Shown piece after piece: positions 19,825-27,587 of a DNA stretch of 64,000 nucleotides. Numbering within the stretch: position 1 is the stretch's first letter; each line of letters begins with the position of its first letter. Source of the DNA: a virus; IMG/VR virus record IMGVR_UViG_3300032291_003663, positions 27,060-91,059 of that record; one strand, written 5' to 3'. The notes beneath the pieces were generated by a model that was given only the letters and a program-made list of their open reading frames with translations, was not told where the DNA came from and did not search any database. The translations under genes and the position numbers were made by a program.

Positions 19825-19989
19825 CTAAGCTTTCTTTTTAGAAGCTATAGACCATCCAGCACCAACAAGTGTCATAACACCACCAAGGATTTCTTGGAAC
19901 ATTACGTCATCAACAAGTCCTTTTGCAACAATAATACCACCAATGAAGGTTAATGAGTGCCTGATAAGGCCTAAAGTTTGTTCTTTCAT
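19825..19989 (-). CDS. putative holin (Pam3-gp28-like, 54 aa, 2 TM; not in ORF track)
   Basis: MKEQTLGLIRHSLTFIGGIIVAKGLVDDVMFQEILGGVMTLVGAGWSIASKKKA; late motif upstream on the same strand. Confidence 0.75.
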   Translation of the reverse strand: MKEQTLGLIRHSLTFIGGIIVAKGLVDDVMFQEILGGVMTLVGAGWSIASKKKA

Positions 19990-20022
19990 AATAATTGGGT
20001 TTAGTTAATAAATGAGAACACA

Positions 20023-20031
20023 TATAAATAT
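20023..20031 (-). promoter_or_regulatory. putative late promoter ATATTTATA of the holin-like gene
   Basis: Same motif as before the structural genes, oriented with the minus-strand gene. Confidence 0.6.
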
Positions 20032-20087
20032 GAAAAAGTGGGAACCAAATAGTATATTCATATATTTATATTGTTCAAAAGATATAT

Positions 20088-20173
20088 GCCCTTGTGGTGA
20101 AATTGGTAGACACGCAAGACTTAAAATCTTGTTCGCTGTAAAGCGAGTGCGGGTTCAATTCCCGCTGGGGGTA
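20088..20173 (+). tRNA. trnL: tRNA-Leu(TAA)
   Basis: D-arm GTG-AAATTGGTAGA-CAC, anticodon arm CAAGA-CTTAAAA-TCTTG, long variable arm, T-arm GCGGG-TTCAATT-CCCGC; acceptor stem has 4 G.U pairs. Confidence 0.85.
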
Positions 20174-20183
20174 CTTAGTTAAT

Positions 20184-20339
20184 TGTCAAGTGGTGAAAGC
20201 TAGATCAGCAGGCATACACACCCACTCGTCTCGTGGGCGCTGAGTTTGAAATAGATGTTTTGGGTATGGGTTGACCACAAGCCGGCTATTTTGTCCAACA
20301 TTGAATCACAGCGTGGAGGTTCGAATCCTTCCTTGACAG
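20184..20339 (+). ncRNA. tRNA-like RNA 1 (156 nt; non-canonical GTC loop, about 75-nt variable arm)
   Basis: Acceptor TGTCAAG/CTTGACA, stem CCCAC-TCGTCTC-GTGGG, arm closed by CGCTG/CAGCG, T-arm GGAGG-TTCGAAT-CCTTC. Confidence 0.75.
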
Positions 20340-20357
20340 CTTAAATATAGATACAAA

Positions 20358-20477
20358 AGGTTGATTGGGAAGCCTTACACCTTCATTAAAAAGTTGGAAT
20401 GTAAGCGAGGAGGTGTAGGAACCGAAGTAAAGCCAATCGTAAAAGTAGATGTCCACGCACCCATCTTCTACTTTCCT
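20358..20477 (+). ncRNA. unassigned structured RNA A
   Basis: GATTGG/CCAATC, 11-bp CTTACACCTTC/GGAGGTGTAGG, AAAGTAGA/TCTACTTT, AGG/CCT closure. Confidence 0.55.
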
Positions 20478-20487
20478 AAAATTATTG

Positions 20488-20605
20488 ACACGCACGGCAA
20501 CCGAAGTCATACTAGTCAAAGATTAGGCAATGCGAACAACCATGAAGAATACCTCACTGTGCGTAGGTAAGTTTTAAGTTCTTCTGACTGTGGGGAAAGA
20601 CCCAC
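20488..20605 (+). ncRNA. unassigned pseudoknotted RNA B
   Basis: AGTCA+GAAGAA/TTCTTCTGACT junction; TACCT/AGGTA hairpin whose loop CTGTGCGT pairs with ACGCACGG; GTGGG-GAAAGA-CCCAC. Confidence 0.55.
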
Positions 20606-20610
20606 TCTTT

Positions 20611-20718
20611 AGTCAGGTGGCGGAATTGGTAGACGCATTGAGGAATCTAAACTTGGTAACATTTGTTAGATTTAATAGTAATCCTCCTTCCTTACAGGTT
20701 CGAATCCTGTCCTGACTA
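20611..20718 (+). ncRNA. tRNA-like RNA 2 (no anticodon loop)
   Basis: Acceptor AGTCAGG/CCTGACT+A, canonical D-arm GCGGAATTGGTAGACGC, T-arm ACAGG-TTCGAAT-CCTGT; centre is an irregular GAGGA/TCCTC plus AATCTAA/TTAGATT stem. Confidence 0.8.
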
Positions 20719-20721
20719 CAA

Positions 20722-20925
20722 TGGGTAAGAGATACTCACTAGTCTTTAATTCAAGACTTAAACAATGGATTCGCAGAAAGTCTACGGCGCGAGTGGGACT
20801 TCATGGGAATAAAGGAGCGGACACAACTCCTCCCAGTAGTGTTGGATGTTTTTATGAGGGATGCCTCGCAGGTTTTTAAGAAATAGAAAACCGAAACAAC
20901 TACTCATCAGTAATCTCAAGGTGGG
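20722..20925 (+). ncRNA. unassigned multi-hairpin RNA C
   Basis: TGGGTA/TACTCA, AGTCTT/AAGACT, TGGGA+GGAG/CTCC+TCCCA, AGTAGT/ACTACT enclosing GAGG/CCTC and GGTTTT/AAAACC; possible GAGAT/ATCTC loop-loop pair. Confidence 0.55.
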
Positions 20926-20931
20926 GAAAAT

Positions 20932-21048
20932 AGTCAGGTGGGCGTAATGAGGGATGGTCCCGAGTCCTAGAGACCAATCGACACCTGTAAAGGTGCAAAA
21001 TGATGGAGTCGTAAGGTTGCTTATCCGGTTCGAGTCCGGCCCTGACTA
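20932..21048 (+). ncRNA. tRNA-like RNA 3 (no anticodon loop)
   Basis: Same acceptor AGTCAGG/CCTGACT+A as RNA 2; T-arm CCGG-TTCGAGT-CCGG; internal GGGA/TCCC and CACCT-GTAA-AGGTG hairpins. Confidence 0.7.
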
Positions 21049-21084
21049 CTTCTTTAAAAATGATATTTATAACAAATTAGATTT

Positions 21085-22068
21085 ATGAAAACAAAATTAG
21101 TTACTGCTTATTACCCATTACATCAAGGCCCTCCATTTTGGGGTAAACAAAATAGAGAAAGATGGTACAAGCATTCAATTGCTTCAATATGTGAAACTAA
21201 AGTCCCAATAATTTGTTATACAGACGAACTTGGTTATGATGAGCTATTTGCTGTTAAAACTGATAGACAACTAGACAATCTTACAATTAAAATGTACGAT
21301 TTAACAACTAGTCAGTTTCATGATAGAGTTTATAAAGCAAGAATGGAAGGCAATCCTGAAATGTACAATAATGAGCTTCATCCATATTATAGAATGCCTG
21401 TTTCTGTTTATTGGATGAAATGGGGATTTTTAAAAATGGAATATGAAGAAGATACTTACATATATTGGATAGATGGAGGATTATCAACTCAAGGTGTATT
21501 TCCAGGTAGAGCATCATCATACGGAACAGATCCAGGATATTTTAAGAACTATAATGGAGAAGAAGGAGATTTTTATACAACACATGAGTTTAAATTATTC
21601 GTGTTTGATAAAATATTTAACCTCAATTTCATCCCCAATCTAAATAAATTTTCAGAAGGTAAAATAGTTAATATCTGTAGACAAGATTGTACGGATAATG
21701 ATTTTCATTTATTCGAAGAAAAACTAAACTTACCTAAAGGAAATATAATCTACACTAATAAATTCCCAGTAGGTGCCTTATTTGGAGGACATTCTTCCCA
21801 AATAATGAAGTATATAGATGAATTTAATGAGGTAGCAAATAAAGTTCTTGAAGTAGGAGATTATGTTTGTACAGAACAAGAAATAATGGGATATATTCAT
21901 TCAATACATCCCGATTGGTTTACAGATTGGACTTTTCATGACTTTTATCATGAAGATTGGAAATTAGCAAATGGTCCTAGTGTACTTATCCCATATAGAG
22001 AAGCATATCCTAATAATATTTCATTTAGTAAGTTATTTATAGATACTTTGGGAGCTCCTCAAGTTTAA
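21085..22068 (+). CDS. HtrL/YibB (WlaTC)-like glycosyltransferase
   Basis: KLVTAYY, YIYWIDGG, GALFGG, TEQEIM; ATATTTATA at 21063. Confidence 0.65.
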   Translation: MKTKLVTAYYPLHQGPPFWGKQNRERWYKHSIASICETKVPIICYTDELGYDELFAVKTDRQLDNLTIKMYDLTTSQFHDRVYKARMEGNPEMYNNELHPYYRMPVSVYWMKWGFLKMEYEEDTYIYWIDGGLSTQGVFPGRASSYGTDPGYFKNYNGEEGDFYTTHEFKLFVFDKIFNLNFIPNLNKFSEGKIVNICRQDCTDNDFHLFEEKLNLPKGNIIYTNKFPVGALFGGHSSQIMKYIDEFNEVANKVLEVGDYVCTEQEIMGYIHSIHPDWFTDWTFHDFYHEDWKLANGPSVLIPYREAYPNNISFSKLFIDTLGAPQV

Positions 22069-22081
22069 ATACATTTATACA

Positions 22082-22582
22082 ATGTACAACATAAAACAAT
22101 TCTTTAAACGCATTTACAACTTAATACGTTGGGCTCCAATTATATGGAAAGATCAGGATTGGGATGACCATTATATCTTTGAAATACTTAAATTCAAATT
22201 AAAGAATCAAGCTAAATACATTGGAGATAAAGATCGTCATATGTCTGCTAAACGTGATGCTGAAATAATGATGTTATGTGTTCGTTTAATTGAAAAAGTA
22301 CAAAGTGAATATTACGGCTGTGAATATCAAGACTACTACAAATCAGATATTAAATTTATACCTAGTATTTCCCACCCAGGTTGTTTTGAAATGGATGAGG
22401 AACCAATATCAGAACATTATGATGATTATTTTAAAAAATATCCATTAATTTATAGAATGGTTCCTGATTTGCAAGCACCTAAAGAAAAAATTGCATTCCA
22501 AATGGCTAGAATAAACGGAGAACGAGCACATAAATTATTATTTACAATATTAGAACAAAACATTAGAAAATGGTGGGATTAA
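22082..22582 (+). CDS. hypothetical protein
   Basis: ORF track; IWKDQDWD...WWD pattern. Confidence 0.75.
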   Translation: MYNIKQFFKRIYNLIRWAPIIWKDQDWDDHYIFEILKFKLKNQAKYIGDKDRHMSAKRDAEIMMLCVRLIEKVQSEYYGCEYQDYYKSDIKFIPSISHPGCFEMDEEPISEHYDDYFKKYPLIYRMVPDLQAPKEKIAFQMARINGERAHKLLFTILEQNIRKWWD

Positions 22583-22728
22583 TTTTATTTATACTAGCAA
22601 TAGCAGCATCACTTGTTTGGTTATGGGCTGGTGGGATTGATTATATGAAAGAAAATCATCCTGACTATAAAGGAAAAGACTGGTTAAATTGGGATAAGGA
22701 TGAAGAGGATAAAAATCAAATATCATAG
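22570..22728 (+). CDS. small membrane protein (52 aa, not in ORF track)
   Basis: MVGLILFILAIAASLVWLWAGGIDYMKENHPDYKGKDWLNWDKDEEDKNQIS. Confidence 0.65.
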   Translation: MVGLILFILAIAASLVWLWAGGIDYMKENHPDYKGKDWLNWDKDEEDKNQIS

Positions 22729-22756
22729 TTTATAAAAATTATAATAACAAATAACT

Positions 22757-23410
22757 ATGTGGAATATTAAATTAAAACCCCACCAAAAACTATTCTTCAT
22801 CTCAGATACTCATTATAACCATAAAAATATCTGTCGTGGTATAACAAGTTGGACTCATGCTAATAGTCATACTAGAGATTTCCCCACATTGTCTAAAATG
22901 AATGATACTATTATAAACAACATTAACGATATTGTTGGTTTAGACGATATACTAGTTCACTTAGGTGATTGGTCATTTGGTGGGTTTGAATCTGTTAGTG
23001 AATTTAGAAATAGAATAATGTGCCAAAACATTTATTTAATATTAGGTAATCATGATCATCATATTGAAAACAATAAAGAAAATATTCAATCATTGTTTGT
23101 AAAAACATCACATTACGAAATACTAAGAGTAATTGATGAAGATAGTGATGATATAGAATATGACTTTGTATTATCACATTTCCCCATTGTTAGTTGGCAT
23201 GACATGAGTAAAGGTCGCTTCCATATATTTGGCCATGTCCATCTACCAGGCCATAGAAAAATAATGCCGGGTAGAGCAATGGATGTTGGATTAGAAGGAA
23301 ATAATTTAAAACCATATGAAATGAAAGAAGTAGTATCACTACTTGAAACTAGACCAGTTAAAACTAGTACTATACCTTCAGATCACCATGAAAAACAACT
23401 CAACAATTGA
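22757..23410 (+). CDS. calcineurin-like metallophosphoesterase
   Basis: SDTH, LGD, GNHD, SHFP, FGHVH. Confidence 0.9.
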   Translation: MWNIKLKPHQKLFFISDTHYNHKNICRGITSWTHANSHTRDFPTLSKMNDTIINNINDIVGLDDILVHLGDWSFGGFESVSEFRNRIMCQNIYLILGNHDHHIENNKENIQSLFVKTSHYEILRVIDEDSDDIEYDFVLSHFPIVSWHDMSKGRFHIFGHVHLPGHRKIMPGRAMDVGLEGNNLKPYEMKEVVSLLETRPVKTSTIPSDHHEKQLNN

Positions 23411-23415
23411 AATCC

Positions 23416-23625
23416 ATGAAAACCTCAGAAATTAACCCCGGACACTATTTAGAAATTATGGATCGTTTACATATTATAATATGTACTTTAAATGATCATT
23501 GTGTTGAGCATCCTATAACTAAATCGGACTGTCGTATTGAATCGTTATTGATTAAGGCTACAGAAGAGTTATTAGATGCTTATCAAATAGCGGGAGAAAT
23601 ATTTTCTGAAGAAAATGATAAATAA
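23416..23625 (+). CDS. hypothetical protein
   Basis: ORF track (ATG start chosen). Confidence 0.6.
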   Translation: MKTSEINPGHYLEIMDRLHIIICTLNDHCVEHPITKSDCRIESLLIKATEELLDAYQIAGEIFSEENDK

Positions 23626-23642
23626 ATATATTTATCTGTGCT

Positions 23643-23870
23643 ATGATACGATATGCCAAACATAGTAGTAAAAACTACATTGTAATAGATAGCTCATTTG
23701 AGATAAATGAGTTAAAAGTTCCTCTGCATATCCAAATAAATGTTGATGAATTAAGTGAAAATGATAGAAGTATCATATATCGAACAGCTGCAGTAGCTTT
23801 TAATCGTCATATCATTTTCAATAAGAATAAACCCACAAGTTTTAAAAAACCTTGGTGGAAGATTTGGTAA
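23643..23870 (+). CDS. hypothetical protein
   Basis: C-terminal KKPWWKIW; ATATTTAT upstream. Confidence 0.6.
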   Translation: MIRYAKHSSKNYIVIDSSFEINELKVPLHIQINVDELSENDRSIIYRTAAVAFNRHIIFNKNKPTSFKKPWWKIW

Positions 23871-23899
23871 TTCTAAATTAATTAATTAAATTTAAGGTT

Positions 23900-24619
23900 A
23901 TGAAAACAATCGTACTTGGCGATACCCATGGTCGTTCGAATTGGAAATTAGCAATACATCAAGACAATCCTGATAGAGTTATCTTTATAGGTGATTATTT
24001 TGATTCATTCCATATCAATACAACTGACCAAATCAATAATTTCCTTGATATTATTGAATATAAAAAAACATCAGGTAAAGAAGTTATACTACTAATAGGT
24101 AATCACGACCACCATTACTATCCCGAAGTAGGAAATACAGGTACATCAGGATACCAGCATGTAGGAAATTTTCAAATAGTTCCTACCATTGATGCTAATA
24201 GAGAACATTTACAGGTAGCTTATCAAATGAATGATTTTTTGTTTACACACGCCGGTGTAAGTAGTGAATTTATGGATAATGTTTATGGTAACAATGGATG
24301 GAAATTAGAAACATTGGTTGATGACTTAAATGAATTATTTAAGTATAAACCTAAAACATTTGACTTTAATGGTATTGATGGTTATGGAGACGATACTTGG
24401 CAGACTCCATTTTGGATTAGACCTAAATCACTAATGCGTGTGAATAAAAACACATTACGTAAGCAAATTATTCAAGTAGTAGGACATACATCCCAAAAAC
24501 AAATTGATCGTAAAGGTACAGCTACAGGTGGTAAGTATTATTTTATTGATACAATGGATACAAGTGGAGAATACTTGGTTATTCAAGATAACCAACTTAC
24601 CTTCAATTCAGTAAAATAA
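23900..24619 (+). CDS. calcineurin-like metallophosphoesterase
   Basis: GDTHG, GDYFD, GNHD, THAG, VGHT. Confidence 0.9.
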   Translation: MKTIVLGDTHGRSNWKLAIHQDNPDRVIFIGDYFDSFHINTTDQINNFLDIIEYKKTSGKEVILLIGNHDHHYYPEVGNTGTSGYQHVGNFQIVPTIDANREHLQVAYQMNDFLFTHAGVSSEFMDNVYGNNGWKLETLVDDLNELFKYKPKTFDFNGIDGYGDDTWQTPFWIRPKSLMRVNKNTLRKQIIQVVGHTSQKQIDRKGTATGGKYYFIDTMDTSGEYLVIQDNQLTFNSVK

Positions 24620-24624
24620 ATAAC

Positions 24625-24840
24625 ATGACAGTTAAAGAATTAATCGAACAACTACAACAACTCGATTCCGAATTGCATGTGTTTGTAGATGGGTATGAGG
24701 GGGGATATGATGACATAGCAATAAGTGAAGTTAAAGATATAGCATTAAACGTTCATAAAGAATGGTGGTATGGTCAACATGACAATGCTAATGATGATAA
24801 GTTTATTGATGCTAAAATTGTAAAAGGTATTGTGTTATAA
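24625..24840 (+). CDS. hypothetical protein (MTVKELIEQL family)
   Basis: N-terminus similar to 36544. Confidence 0.7.
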   Translation: MTVKELIEQLQQLDSELHVFVDGYEGGYDDIAISEVKDIALNVHKEWWYGQHDNANDDKFIDAKIVKGIVL

Positions 24841-24847
24841 ATAAGCA

Positions 24848-25462
24848 ATGATAAGAAAATTAAAATATACATTACAAAGTCTTCAATGGATTAAAGCACT
24901 ATGGAGTCCATTTAAACCATTCACTGTTAAAGGGTATATAGGCAAAACGCAAATCGGTATTCCATATTTCCTACCCAGAAAATGGGTTAAAGCAACCCCA
25001 GAATTACGAACAAAAGCAGTATTAGATAAAATTAAAAATGAAGAAAATTACAATAAATTAAATCCAAATTCAGCTCGTAAAATAAAATCATTTGATGAAT
25101 TGTATGAGGAATATAAAAACTATACATTTCCTATACCACTTAAAGTAGGATTTAGTTATTGTGGTTTAGGTTGGAAAACAAAATGGACATCAACTGATTT
25201 TAGATATGAGTGGGGTCCTGTATTTTCATTTGTATTCTTTGGATATCAAATAGCATTAATGGTTGGTCATAGGGATGCTAGTCATTATTGGGAGGCCTGG
25301 TTATATTATGAATATGCCACAGATAAAACTAAATCAAAACGTAAGCGAGTAAGGCAATGTAGAAAAAGATTTCCACAAACATGGACAACACACAGGCATG
25401 ATGGAGAGCCAAAAACCGTAGATTATTATACTAAAATACTTAAATTAAAATATCTAAAATGA
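24848..25462 (+). CDS. hypothetical protein
   Basis: ORF track; Trp/Lys-rich, C-terminal part resembles 41960. Confidence 0.7.
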   Translation: MIRKLKYTLQSLQWIKALWSPFKPFTVKGYIGKTQIGIPYFLPRKWVKATPELRTKAVLDKIKNEENYNKLNPNSARKIKSFDELYEEYKNYTFPIPLKVGFSYCGLGWKTKWTSTDFRYEWGPVFSFVFFGYQIALMVGHRDASHYWEAWLYYEYATDKTKSKRKRVRQCRKRFPQTWTTHRHDGEPKTVDYYTKILKLKYLK

Positions 25463-25767
25463 AACGACAGGATAAAAATACAGAGATCTTAAAAACACTA
25501 ATTGATAAGATGTTCGAAATATCCGGTCATTCTCTTAAATTTGAAGATGTTGAGGGTAGAACTGATAATTGGTTTCAACAATATACAATGACTGAAGCTC
25601 AAAATAAGGAGTGGCGAGATTGGGGTACTAAATTTATAAATAAGAAACGTCGTTTTGGTGTAAAATTAGCTTCACGTGAAATGGCTTTTTTAGATTTATA
25701 TTGTGGATTAAAAATATCAGATAGTAGATTTGCAACTAATGAAGAAGAAAAAAGAACAGCCGATTGA
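25459..25767 (+). CDS. hypothetical protein
   Basis: ORF track. Confidence 0.7.
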   Translation: MKRQDKNTEILKTLIDKMFEISGHSLKFEDVEGRTDNWFQQYTMTEAQNKEWRDWGTKFINKKRRFGVKLASREMAFLDLYCGLKISDSRFATNEEEKRTAD

Positions 25768-25954
25768 ACGACAAGAATTTGTTGTATTTAGTGAATATGG
25801 TTATTTTTCAGGATTAGCTTATGGAGGGACACCTCAATGGTCTATGAATCAAAAGGATGCTAAACCACTTAACCACATGAATAAATTTTATACTTTACGA
25901 AGTATATCTCATACAGAACTAATGTTTGAAATGCTTGGAAACTCAAAAAAATAA
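25739..25954 (+). CDS. hypothetical protein
   Basis: ORF track (ATG start chosen). Confidence 0.6.
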   Translation: MKKKKEQPIERQEFVVFSEYGYFSGLAYGGTPQWSMNQKDAKPLNHMNKFYTLRSISHTELMFEMLGNSKK

Positions 25955-25969
25955 TTTTACATTTATTGT

Positions 25970-26158
25970 ATGAGAACAGAAGCCGAACGTTTATTACATT
26001 ACAGAGCAGCATTTCTTGAAAAAGTGAAGAAGTGGAGATGGGAAGAGCCTAATGAAGAAAGTTATAATAGACGAGGTCGTAAACCAAAATCTAGTATACG
26101 AATTGAAGCACGTCCTAGAACTAAAGGAGAAGAACTAGCATTTATAAATCAAAAATAA
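25970..26158 (+). CDS. small basic protein
   Basis: RRGRKPK; own promoter at 25935. Confidence 0.65.
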   Translation: MRTEAERLLHYRAAFLEKVKKWRWEEPNEESYNRRGRKPKSSIRIEARPRTKGEELAFINQK

Positions 26159-26161
26159 AAA

Positions 26162-26344
26162 ATGAAAAAAGTTAACTATATCCTAATGACTATTGCCGCT
26201 ATATGTGCTCTTATTAGCGGAATAATTAATCTTATTAGTGATACAGGTTTTACAGGATGGGCGTGGCAGCTAACTGTACTTATGTGGATTGGCAATTCAT
26301 ACATACATCAGAAAATAATTGACAGATATGAAGAAAATATTTAA
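26162..26344 (+). CDS. small 2-TM membrane protein
   Basis: Two hydrophobic segments. Confidence 0.65.
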   Translation: MKKVNYILMTIAAICALISGIINLISDTGFTGWAWQLTVLMWIGNSYIHQKIIDRYEENI

Positions 26345-26359
26345 ATAAATAAACAAGTT

Positions 26360-26554
26360 ATGAATAAGTATAACGCAATTGATGGTATCTACTTTGGATT
26401 TGAAATATTTGATGAAATATTTAACGTCATAAATGAACGTGGTTATGAAAACCCGGACAATATGTTTAAAGCAGGTGTGGCAAGTGCTGAAGCTGCTGTT
26501 AGACGATTAAGAGAAAAATACTACGAAGCCATACCTAAAACAGTGGATATTTAA
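26360..26554 (+). CDS. hypothetical protein
   Basis: ORF track; AAGTTATG leader. Confidence 0.65.
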   Translation: MNKYNAIDGIYFGFEIFDEIFNVINERGYENPDNMFKAGVASAEAAVRRLREKYYEAIPKTVDI

Positions 26555-26571
26555 CAATGATATTTATAGAT

Positions 26572-27201
26572 ATGAAATACCTGTTATCCATTCTTATGTT
26601 TATTACTGTTACTGCTTATAGTCAAGATACAGTTACTATTGTACATAAATCGTATAAAACAACTTATAGTAAGTCTAAACATTATCCTGTTAAAGTTGAA
26701 TGGTGGCTAACTAAAGCAATGTTAAGTTGTTCCACCAAAATTAAACGAACTGATAAGTTCGTAGCGGACCCTAAATTACCATTAGATACCGATTTACAAC
26801 CAGATTATAACTCTTCTGGATTCGATCGTGGTCATAATTTTAACGCCGCAGATGGCGCTTGTAATCAAACAACTATGATTGAATCTTTCTATTTCAGCAA
26901 TATGACGGCTCAATACCCAGCATTAAACCGTGGTGATTGGAAGACATTAGAAATAATGACTCGCAAATCAGCACTTGAAGAAGATTCAATCCACATATGG
27001 TGTGGGTCCGTAGGTGAAGCTAAAAAGATAGGCACAACATCAGTTCCTACTCAATGTTGGAAAGTTATTTATATTAAGAAAACAAATAAATGGGAAGCTT
27101 ACTTATTCAACAATGACTTAAATAAAGCTGATGGTATAGAAAATAATCAAGTTGAAGTGAAAATCATTGAGCAAATTACAGGTTTTAAATTTAAAAAATA
27201 A
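26572..27201 (+). CDS. exported DNA/RNA non-specific endonuclease (NucA/EndA type)
   Basis: Signal peptide MKYLLSILMFITVTAYS/Q; FDRGH, SFYFSNM.AQ..LNRGDW, VPTQCWKV. Confidence 0.9.
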   Translation: MKYLLSILMFITVTAYSQDTVTIVHKSYKTTYSKSKHYPVKVEWWLTKAMLSCSTKIKRTDKFVADPKLPLDTDLQPDYNSSGFDRGHNFNAADGACNQTTMIESFYFSNMTAQYPALNRGDWKTLEIMTRKSALEEDSIHIWCGSVGEAKKIGTTSVPTQCWKVIYIKKTNKWEAYLFNNDLNKADGIENNQVEVKIIEQITGFKFKK

Positions 27202-27206
27202 ACATA

Positions 27207-27524
27207 ATGGATAGCATAGTAAAAAGCGTTATATCTCGTTTTGAAACCAGAGCAGAGATGGGAAATAAAAAATACGGTACAGATCTTGATAGAAAAGATC
27301 TAACACCATTAGAATGGATTCAACACCTACAAGACGAACTACACGACGCTTACCTATACTCAGAAAAATTAAAGATTGAATATATCAATGGAATAAAACA
27401 ATTAATGAGTGAGTGGATACAGGAGAAAAAACTTCAAGGAGCCAATGTTCCTGTTGAAGCATTTACTGCTGGATTTTATGCTTATTTATTAGAAAAAAAG
27501 AACGAAGATAGTAACAGTAATTAA
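27207..27524 (+). CDS. hypothetical protein, possible all-alpha NTP pyrophosphatase fold
   Basis: GNKKYGTDLDR...WIQHLQDELHDAYLY. Confidence 0.55.
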   Translation: MDSIVKSVISRFETRAEMGNKKYGTDLDRKDLTPLEWIQHLQDELHDAYLYSEKLKIEYINGIKQLMSEWIQEKKLQGANVPVEAFTAGFYAYLLEKKNEDSNSN

Positions 27525-27587
27525 AATTGGAAACCCCACTTATCAATATTATGTTTAGTGTATTAAATAATTAAAAAATCAAAGGTT

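Noticed and set aside
20286-20570. ORFs 20286-20519 (-) and 20361-20570 (+)
   Set aside because: They overlap tRNA-like and structured RNAs, have weak start context and atypical composition
20488-20605. HDV-like/theta ribozyme or c-di-GMP-I riboswitch
   Set aside because: No P3/L3 or P1.1 arrangement and not directly at a tRNA 3' end; the CACGCAC..GGCAAC resemblance to c-di-GMP-I does not extend to the rest of that motif
20830-20910. Hammerhead ribozyme (CTGATGAG on the minus strand at 20903-20910)
   Set aside because: No GAAA after the would-be stem II and no stems I/III
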